64,000 nucleotides of DNA. Source: an uncultured Gemmatimonadaceae bacterium (GTDB taxonomy: Bacteria > Gemmatimonadota > Gemmatimonadetes > Gemmatimonadales > Gemmatimonadaceae). Both the position numbers and the translations under genes were made by a program. Where the stretch lies: assembly GCA_963740355.1 (NCBI GenBank), contig CAVUDW010000003.1, positions 416,001 to 480,000 of the forward strand, given 5' to 3'. Shown one piece after another: positions 50,028 to 64,000 of this stretch (positions within the stretch are counted from its first letter, which is position 1; each line of letters begins with the position of its first letter). Below the pieces are notes generated by a model. That model made no database searches and was not told where the DNA came from. It saw nothing but the letters and a program-made list of their open reading frames with translations.

Positions 50028-50645
50028 TCAGCGCGCTCCGAGCTCCTGCTGCGCGTGACGCAGGACCTGCGCGGCGCCAGAAAGCGAGAGCACTCCCATG
50101 ATCATCGCCACCGCGATGTCGGGCCAGCCCTGTCGCGTCGTGAAGACACCGGCGGCGGCCGCAACGACGGCGATGTTGCTGATGGCGTCGTTGCGCGAGC
50201 AGATCCACACCGACCGCATGTTCGAGTCACCGGTCCGGTAGCGATACAAGAGCAGCGCGACACACACATTGGTGGCGAGCGCGATCAGTCCGATCACGGT
50301 CATGACCATCGGTTCCGGCACACGTCCGCTGGCGGCGACGTAGACGGCGTGTGCAATGACCCAGATGCCGAACGCCCCCATCGTTGCCGCTTTGACGACG
50401 GACGCACGCGCCCGGATCGACACGGCGGATGCCAGGACGAACAGACTCAGGCCGTAGTTCGCCGCATCGCCGAGAAAATCGAGCGAATCGGCCTGCAGCG
50501 CGGACGAACCCGCCTCGAGTCCGCCGACCAGCTCAACGACGAACATGATCGCGTTCACGACGAGGGCGATCCAGAGCGCGCGGCGATACAGCGGGGTCGC
50601 CGCGGTCGCCGTGCCACACTCTGGTCCCTGACAGCATGCGCTCAC
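50028..50645 (-). CDS. Cation diffusion facilitator (CzcD-like) transporter
   Basis: Cys-rich N-terminus; SSALQADSLDFLGD, NMRSVWICSRNDA. Confidence 0.9.
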   Translation of the reverse strand: MSACCQGPECGTATAATPLYRRALWIALVVNAIMFVVELVGGLEAGSSALQADSLDFLGDAANYGLSLFVLASAVSIRARASVVKAATMGAFGIWVIAHAVYVAASGRVPEPMVMTVIGLIALATNVCVALLLYRYRTGDSNMRSVWICSRNDAISNIAVVAAAAGVFTTRQGWPDIAVAMIMGVLSLSGAAQVLRHAQQELGAR

Positions 50646-50712
50646 TGAGCCTCCGTCGCCTCGACGCCATGTGTGCCGCAACCACAACCTGGTCACGCGG
50701 GCATCAGGAAAG

Positions 50713-50742
50713 AAAAACGCGGCTCCGGTTCATGGAGCCGCG
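50713..50742 (-). terminator. Rho-independent terminator
   Basis: CGCGGCTCC/GGAGCCGCG stem followed by TTTTT on the minus strand. Confidence 0.7.
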
Positions 50743-50873
50743 CAGTTCACATTCGTTCCGGCTGCGTCCCTGCACGCGTGCGGGGACAAAACGTATCCAA
50801 AAACATATCCGCCCTGCAAAATCGTTGGATACGTCGACCGCCTTAACTCACTTCATTCCAACGGGTTATCCCC

Positions 50874-51051
50874 ATCGGGACGACAGGATTCGAACCTGCG
50901 ACCCCCTGAACCCCATGCTCCGGGTCGGTAGCGCAACCCGTTGCAGTACAGGGGGTTAAGGCCGGAAAATGCGGGTACGTTCCGCCGATTCAGGGGGTTG
51001 CTGGCTCGTGGGGGACAGGTTCGGGGACAAAACGTCGCCGGAAACGTCGCC
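50874..51051 (-). mobile_element. att-like junction 2: tRNA-Pro(GGG) 3' fragment (50875-50916) plus arm
   Basis: Direct repeat of 13730-13907. Confidence 0.9.
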
Positions 51052-51091
51052 ACCGAAAATGAAGATACTCGCCTCCGTCAGCCCGCTGCCA

Positions 51092-52512
<1,421 letters not shown>

Positions 52513-52553
52513 TCAGGGCTGAATGATTACGGTGGTCCTGCGAAGATGTCCGC

Positions 52554-53687
<1,134 letters not shown>

Positions 53688-53824
53688 ACCAGCTCCTGCA
53701 TATCGGTGAAATGGACGCGTATCGAATTCTGTATACCGGCGGTCACGACGGGCGACTCGCGCACGCGCCGCCACCCTCGAGTCGAACATGGCGCCCGCGC
53801 GGCATCGCGAAAATGCCTCACCGG

Positions 53825-53876
53825 GCGAACCGCTCATCGACGGCGCGAACGACCCGTGCATGGTGATGAACGGCCG
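53825..53876 (-). promoter_or_regulatory. Putative LytTR boxes
   Basis: GAAC cores at 53827, 53847 and 53868 (20-21 bp period) upstream of the AKR operon. Confidence 0.55.
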
Positions 53877-53901
53877 TCGCGCAGCGCGTGCGAACGCCGC
53901 G

Positions 53902-54734
53902 TCACGTGCGACCCAGACGCCGCTCCAACGCCTCGCGTCGTGATCGGCCGACGGGCAAGCGCACCCCACCCTTGAGCTGCACTTCGTAGTCGCTTCCCTC
54001 GTTACGCAACAGCGAGTCCACGAGCGACAGCCGCACGATGGCCGAGCGATGTACCCGAACGAACTCCGCCGGATCGAGCCGCTCCTCGAGGTGCTGCATC
54101 GACTCACGGAGCAGATAGCGCTGTCCGGCGGCATGCAACTCCACGTACTGGCCGCTGGCCAGCACGTATTCCACCTGCGCCACCGGCACCACGCGCAACT
54201 TGCCGCGCATGTGCACGGCGATCCGCTCAAGGTACCGCACCGGTTCTGATGAGGTGGACGACGGTTGTGGCGCGCCGGCCTCCGCAGCGGACGGCTGCGC
54301 CTGCAGCAACGCCATCAACTGCTCATGCAACCGCTCGCGCCCGTCGCTCGCCACGCGTCGCCGGGCGCGTCGCATCGCTTCCTCGAAGCGCTCATCGCGA
54401 AACGGCTTCACGAGGTAATCCAGCGCAGCGCTGTCAAAGGCGTCCAGCGCATACTGGTCGTACGCCGTGACGAACACGGTCGCCGGCATCTGCGCCGCGC
54501 CGATGGTCTGCACCACGTCGAGCCCCGTCATGCGCGGCATCTGCACATCGAGGAACACGAGATCGGGATACAGTGCCCGGATCGCCTCCACCGCCGCCGC
54601 ACCGTCCACGGCCGTGCCCACCACGTCCACGTCGGGTTCCGCCTCCAGCAGGTCGAGCACGCGCTGCCGGCCCAGTGGCTCATCATCCACCACGAGCACG
54701 CGAAGCCGCGGCGTCTCCGGCCCACCCCGCCCCG

Positions 54735-54738
<4 letters not shown>
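53902..54738 (-). CDS. LytTR family response regulator
   Basis: VVDDEPLGR, FLDVQMP, FVRVHRS. Confidence 0.95.
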
Positions 54739-57106
<2,368 letters not shown>

Positions 57107-57110
57107 TTAG

Positions 57111-57938
57111 TCAGCGCTGAGCGCGGAACACATCGCGCGCCACACCAACTGCCGTGATGGCGTTCGGCCAGCCGGCGTAGAACGCCATCTGCGTGATGGT
57201 CTCGACCAGCTCCTCCTGCGTCACGCCGTTCTGCAAGGCGAGTGCGAGGTGCGACCGGAGCTGGTCGGGACGGTTCATGGCGATCAGCGCGCTGACGGTA
57301 GCGAGACTGCGGTCACGACGCGACAGGCCGGGCCGCGCCCAAACGTCGCCGAGCAACACGCTATCGGTGAGAGTAGCGAGCTTCGGTGCGACGTCGCCCA
57401 TGAGCTGTTGGGCACGCGAGGGTGCGGCGCTCGGCGATGTACCCTGAGCCTCCGCACGCATTCGTGCGTTGAATTCCGCGTCGCTCACCGGCTCCATCCA
57501 CTGCGTCGAGGCGGCGTCGCCCTGCTCGACGATGGCGATGTGCGTCATCGCTGATGCAGGCGCGGCGCCATGCCAGTGCTTCACGCCTGGCGCAATGCGC
57601 ACGACATCGCCCGTCCGGATCTCCTGCGCAGTCTCGTCCCACCGCTGCACGCGCCCCACGCCTGAGGTCACGATCAGCACCTGACCGAGTGCATGCGAGT
57701 GCCACGCCGTGCGCGCACCAGCGTCGAACGACACCGAGGCGGCGTACGCACGCGTCGCCGTCGTCGGACCGAAGAGTGATTCGACACGCGCCGCACCGGT
57801 GAAGTTCGGCGCCGGCGCGACGGACGTCTCCCGTGTGCCGGCACGACTGATCGTCACGCCACGCGTCTCCTGCGCCACGACGGGGCTGACGCCAGCCAGG
57901 CTTGCCAGGAGGGCGACCGTGATGGTGACTCTGTTCAA
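57111..57938 (-). CDS. Secreted cupin + carboxymuconolactone-decarboxylase (CMD) fusion
   Basis: Signal peptide; ARTAWHSH..KHWHGA; GDVWARPGLSRRDRSLAT..AFYAGWP. Confidence 0.88.
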   Translation of the reverse strand: MNRVTITVALLASLAGVSPVVAQETRGVTISRAGTRETSVAPAPNFTGAARVESLFGPTTATRAYAASVSFDAGARTAWHSHALGQVLIVTSGVGRVQRWDETAQEIRTGDVVRIAPGVKHWHGAAPASAMTHIAIVEQGDAASTQWMEPVSDAEFNARMRAEAQGTSPSAAPSRAQQLMGDVAPKLATLTDSVLLGDVWARPGLSRRDRSLATVSALIAMNRPDQLRSHLALALQNGVTQEELVETITQMAFYAGWPNAITAVGVARDVFRAQR

Positions 57939-58007
57939 TGTAAATCTCCCGTGATCACTCGACCACGAATGCCGCGTGCGTCAGTCATCCTCACGACACC
58001 ACCATCC

Positions 58008-59627
58008 TCACCGCTTGGACACGGGCGGCGCCGCGCGCTGCGTGACGTCCAGTCGGGCCTTCAATGGGTCCGGTGCTGCATCGGGCACGCCCGTGATCGC
58101 GAAGTCGAGGATCACGCCGGTCTTCGGATCGTGCCGCGGCCACGTCGGCAGCCCAGCACCATTCGGATCGCCGGTCTTCGCAAAGTTGGCCCAGTACCGA
58201 TTCATCATGCTGGACACCGCGAGATCCGCCGCGGTCGGTGTCATCCGCGGATCGCCAGCAAGACGGTCGAAGGCGTACGGCACCTCAGCGCCATGCGGCG
58301 CACCGTTGCTCAACTGCTTTCGCATGGCCTCCGGTACGTACGAGAAGCGATACACGTACGCCGGCGCGCCCTTGTTCACAAACGTCGTCGCGATGAAGCG
58401 CGCGGGTTCCGCCTGCACGCGATCAGTACCGGCCATCACGAGGAGCGGCTGCAGTTCGGTGTTGCCTGATGGATCGTACGCGCGCATCGCATCCGCCTTG
58501 CCTGCGCCGAACTGCGAGAACAGCCCATCTTTCGTTTCCGCCGAGATGAACCCGACAAAGTCCGCGCTGTTCGATCCGATGATCAGCGGAATGCGCGGCT
58601 GCCGTCCCGCTTCGTACACACTCTGCGCCGTCTCAACGGTGATGCGACCGTCGAGGATCGGACCGGGATACGTCGGCGGCCCATTCGGCCCTGCGGTTTC
58701 CTGGCCACGGTCCACGATGTCGCCGACACTCAGTGCACGCAGTTGCGCCAGTGCTGCGGCATCCGTACCCGTGATGTTGTGCCGACGTGCGAAGTTCACA
58801 CCAATGGACTCCGCCGAGATCTCACCCGGACGCCCTACGCGCATGGCGCGACCGGTGAGCACGCCATCACGCCCGCCACCCGACTGACTGATCGCCTTGT
58901 GCACGAGACCCTGTGCCATCGGCGACGTGATGAGTGAGTGCACCGACACGCCGCCCGCCGACTCACCGAAGATGGTGACGTTGTTCGGATCACCACCGAA
59001 GGCCGCCGCATTCTGCTTCAGCCAGCGGAGCGCCGCGATCTGGTCCATGTACGCATAGCTTCCCTTCAACTCATCCGGACGTTCCTGACTCAGCGCCGGG
59101 AAGGCGAAGAAGCCAAGGCGACCCAGGCGATAGTTGATTGTGACGAGCATCACGTCCTGCTTGGCGAACTGCGTGCCCGCCGTGCTCGGCCACGCTCCAC
59201 TGCCGAACATGAAACCACCGCCATGAATCCAGACCATCACCGGCAGGCGTGCACCGGCCGTGGTGTTGGCTGGCCGCCAGATGTTGAGGAACAGACAGTC
59301 TTCCGCAGATGACGCCGAGATCGGCGGGGCGTTGGGCCCGAACGCCGCCTGTGGACAGTCGGCGCCGTACTTGGTCGCATCACGCTCGCCTTCCCACTTC
59401 GGTGCCGCGCGCGTCGGACGCCAGCGGTATTCGCCCGTTGGCGGCGCGGCGTACGGAATGCCTTTGTAGCTGACGACGCCGTCGTCGGTCGTACCGCGCA
59501 CGATACCCGACGCGGTCCGCACCGTCTGTGCGTGCCCGGCGCTGACGAGGACAAGTGCCGCAACTGCAGTTGCCGTGAATCGGCAGGACATGGAGACCGT
59601 CAGTGGTGAGAGGGAGTGCGTGCGCAT
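58008..59627 (-). CDS. Type-B carboxylesterase
   Basis: [36 protein letters not shown]. Confidence 0.95.
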   Translation of the reverse strand: MRTHSLSPLTVSMSCRFTATAVAALVLVSAGHAQTVRTASGIVRGTTDDGVVSYKGIPYAAPPTGEYRWRPTRAAPKWEGERDATKYGADCPQAAFGPNAPPISASSAEDCLFLNIWRPANTTAGARLPVMVWIHGGGFMFGSGAWPSTAGTQFAKQDVMLVTINYRLGRLGFFAFPALSQERPDELKGSYAYMDQIAALRWLKQNAAAFGGDPNNVTIFGESAGGVSVHSLITSPMAQGLVHKAISQSGGGRDGVLTGRAMRVGRPGEISAESIGVNFARRHNITGTDAAALAQLRALSVGDIVDRGQETAGPNGPPTYPGPILDGRITVETAQSVYEAGRQPRIPLIIGSNSADFVGFISAETKDGLFSQFGAGKADAMRAYDPSGNTELQPLLVMAGTDRVQAEPARFIATTFVNKGAPAYVYRFSYVPEAMRKQLSNGAPHGAEVPYAFDRLAGDPRMTPTAADLAVSSMMNRYWANFAKTGDPNGAGLPTWPRHDPKTGVILDFAITGVPDAAPDPLKARLDVTQRAAPPVSKR

Positions 59628-59637
59628 CACGATCTGG

Positions 59638-61869
<2,232 letters not shown>

Positions 61870-61875
61870 GCGCGG

Positions 61876-62361
61876 TTACCGGTTCGGGGTGCTGGCGCGA
61901 TTCGACGCGGACGGCGACGCCGCCTGCTTTACCGCAGCGCGAATGCGGAGGTACGTCGCGCAGCGACAGAGGTTGCCTGACATCGCGGCATCGATCTGCG
62001 CATCGGTCGGCGACGGCGTCTGCTTCAGGAACGCCGCAGCCTGCATGATCTGCCCCGCCTGGCAGTAACCGCACTGCGCCACGTCCTGCTCCTGCCACGC
62101 GCGCTGCAGCGGGTGCGATCCATCGCTCGACAGCCCTTCAATGGTGGTGACCTCCGCCCCGGCGGCTGCCGCGACCGGGATCGAGCACGAACGAACAGCG
62201 GCGCCGTTGAGGTGCACCGTGCAGGCACCGCATTGCGCGATGCCGCAGCCGTACTTGGTGCCGACCAGATCCAGCGAGTCCCGCAGGACCCAGAGCAAGG
62301 GGGTGTCGGTGGGGACATCGACGGTGATGCTCCTGCCGTTCACCTTCAGCGTCGTGGACAT
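61876..62361 (-). CDS. iorA: (2Fe-2S)-binding subunit, IorA-like
   Basis: [30 protein letters not shown]. Confidence 0.88.
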   Translation of the reverse strand: MSTTLKVNGRSITVDVPTDTPLLWVLRDSLDLVGTKYGCGIAQCGACTVHLNGAAVRSCSIPVAAAAGAEVTTIEGLSSDGSHPLQRAWQEQDVAQCGYCQAGQIMQAAAFLKQTPSPTDAQIDAAMSGNLCRCATYLRIRAAVKQAASPSASNRASTPNR

Positions 62362-62467
62362 GGGGCGCGGGCTCCGGATTGCGGTGGGCGTGTCGGCACG
62401 GCGAGCGGGCATGAGGCTCTCGCGCACTTCAAGCTGGATCCGGTGCGGCGCAGCTCAAGAGCGATGT

Positions 62468-62659
62468 GCGTGAACGGCTCACCGGTGGTGCGAACGGCTC
62501 AGCGGCACCGTATCTGGGGGTGCGCCCGCTCGAGGCCCAAGCCGAACGACTGGCAGTGACCGACCTCGGCAAGCACCAGCTGGCATCGCCGCGTTGCGTT
62601 CGCGGACAGCCGCAGATACGCGCATTGAGCCATTCACTCCGCCGGTGAGTCGTTCACGC
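62468..62659. promoter_or_regulatory. Mirror-image pairs of LytTR-like boxes in a divergent promoter
   Basis: GAACGGCTCA at 62472 and 62492; inverted TGAGYCRTTCAC at 62626 and 62646. Confidence 0.7.
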
Positions 62660-62742
62660 CACGGGCGCTGGACCAGCACCCCGCACGAGCCACGTTTCCC
62701 CGCACCAGCACCCGTCCCGCTTCACTGAGGAACACTGACAAC

Positions 62743-63210
62743 ATGACCCGCGCCCTTCTCCGGCTCAGCGCCCTGATCACGTTTATCGCCGCGCCACTCG
62801 CAGCACAGCAGGCGGCAACGCCGACCGCCGCGCCCGCCACCAAAGCTGAACAGGAAATTCTCGACCTCTCGCGCGCCAAGTGGCGCTGGATGGCCGACAA
62901 GCAGATCGACTCACTCGCGCCGCTGTTTCATGAAAAGGCCAGCTTCGTGCACATGAGCCGCACCATGACGCGGGATCAGGAGCTCGAGGTCATCCGCAGC
63001 GGCAACATCCACTACAAGCACGCCGAGATCTTCGAGTCGTCGGCGCGCTTCATCGACAACACCGCCATCGTGCTGCAGCGCATCCGCCTCGATGCGGTCG
63101 TCGGCGGCAATGAGGTGACCACGATGTTCAGCGTCACCGAAGTGTACGTGAAGCAGCGTGGCGCCTGGAAGCTCGGGGTGCTCGCCTTCAGCCGATTGGC
63201 GCAGCAGTAG
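62743..63210 (+). CDS. Secreted NTF2-like (DUF4440) protein
   Basis: Signal peptide; AEQEILDLS..FVHM..TEVYVKQRGAWKL. Confidence 0.8.
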   Translation: MTRALLRLSALITFIAAPLAAQQAATPTAAPATKAEQEILDLSRAKWRWMADKQIDSLAPLFHEKASFVHMSRTMTRDQELEVIRSGNIHYKHAEIFESSARFIDNTAIVLQRIRLDAVVGGNEVTTMFSVTEVYVKQRGAWKLGVLAFSRLAQQ

Positions 63211-63262
63211 ACGTGTTCCCGCGCGCGTTCACTCCCGCGTCATCACTCCTCGCGACTCACCC

Positions 63263-64000
63263 ATGCCAATGTCGAAATATCTCGTACTTGCCGCGCTCGC
63301 CGGCAGCGCACTCGTGCCCATCGTCACTGCCTCGGCGCAGGCCGCAGCCGCTGCTCCGATTAAGTGGGAGGTGCCGGCGGGCTTCGTGGTGTCGGTGTAC
63401 GCCGATAGCGTCGAGAACGGACGCGCCATGGCCATCGGTCCGCGCGGCACCGTGTTCGTCGGCTCGCTGCGCGCTGGCAAGGTGCATGCGCTGATCGACA
63501 CCAACGGTGACCAAAAGGCGGATCGCGTGGTGCTGATCGCGAAGGGGCTGGCCATGCCGTCCGGCATCGCGATGCGGCGCGGTGCGCTGTATGTCGCGAC
63601 GACCAGCCGCATCCTGCGATATGACGACATCGAGCAGCACCTTGACGCGCCGCCCGCGCCGGTCGTCGTGCGTGACAGTCTCCCAAACCCCAGCGCCGGT
63701 CACATGTGGAAGTTCATCGCTTTCGGGCCTGATGACCTGCTCTACATGTCCGTGGGTTCGACGTGCAACATTTGCCTGCCGGCCGCAAACACCGCGACCA
63801 TCATGCGGATGAAGCCGGCCGGCACGAACCTCGAGATCTTCGCCTCCGGTGCGCGCAACTCGGTGGGCTTCGACTGGCATCCGGTCACGCACGAACTCTG
63901 GTTCACCGACAACGGGCGTGACATGCTGGGAGACGATGTGCCCAACGACGAACTGAACGTCGCGCCGCGCGCCGGCATGCACTTCGGCTTCCCGTATTGC
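63263..64000 (+). CDS. PQQ-dependent sugar/sorbosone dehydrogenase (runs off the window)
   Basis: Not in the ORF track; reads VPAGFVVSVYA..KFIAFGPDDLLYMSVGSTCNIC..GARNSVGFDWHP..LWFTDNGRD..DELN. Confidence 0.88.
   Translation, partial: MPMSKYLVLAALAGSALVPIVTASAQAAAAAPIKWEVPAGFVVSVYADSVENGRAMAIGPRGTVFVGSLRAGKVHALIDTNGDQKADRVVLIAKGLAMPSGIAMRRGALYVATTSRILRYDDIEQHLDAPPAPVVVRDSLPNPSAGHMWKFIAFGPDDLLYMSVGSTCNICLPAANTATIMRMKPAGTNLEIFASGARNSVGFDWHPVTHELWFTDNGRDMLGDDVPNDELNVAPRAGMHFGFPYC

Larger units (their letters stand above)
13731..50916. mobile_element. Genomic island unit bounded by direct tRNA-Pro att repeats; no integrase seen
   Basis: 59-bp identical core plus ~119-bp gapless similar arm, 37,144 bp apart; cargo entirely accessory. 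Confidence 0.75.

Noticed and set aside
50745..50830. NiCo (czcD) riboswitch upstream of the CDF gene
   Set aside because: A hairpin followed by GCAGCCGG is suggestive, but the expected 5' conserved segment is not visible and the region overlaps att arm motifs; a covariance search is needed.

Overview
GC-rich bacterial accessory DNA with no housekeeping genes; the gene style suggests Gemmatimonadota, which is inference only. The main structure is two direct copies, 37,144 bp apart (13730-13907 and 50874-51051), of a ~178-bp element. Each copy is the 3' half of a minus-strand tRNA-Pro(GGG), broken at the anticodon loop, with arm-like GGGGACA motifs and IHF-like sites on both sides. These look like junctions between tandem tRNA-integrated islands, yet no integrase is visible anywhere in the 64 kb. 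The junctions divide the window into three functional blocks. (1) 1-13.7 kb: stress/redox genes (ArsR-SRPBCC, hybrid kinase, MarR-DoxX, Rrf2 plus an NADPH/F420-type reductase) and a dispersed GGTGACAGTGCAC repeat family. (2) 13.9-50.8 kb: an envelope-remodelling island with mprF, two AcvB/VirJ-like hydrolases, two PAP2s, two OmpR-type two-component systems, two PepSY proteins, Omp85-like barrels, a PHP-DUF3108 fusion, TolC/MFP/RND and a CDF transporter; three of its intergenic regions carry a shared AGTGA-N6-RGTGA box (four copies). (3) 51-64 kb: an oxidative/detox block (IorAB-like Mo enzyme, carboxylesterase, cupins, three aldo/keto reductases, LytS/LytTR, PQQ-type dehydrogenase) with LytTR-like boxes. 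Several long genes are split by frameshifts; in the hybrid kinase these are single-base indels that look like long-read errors. There are also several true gene remnants.
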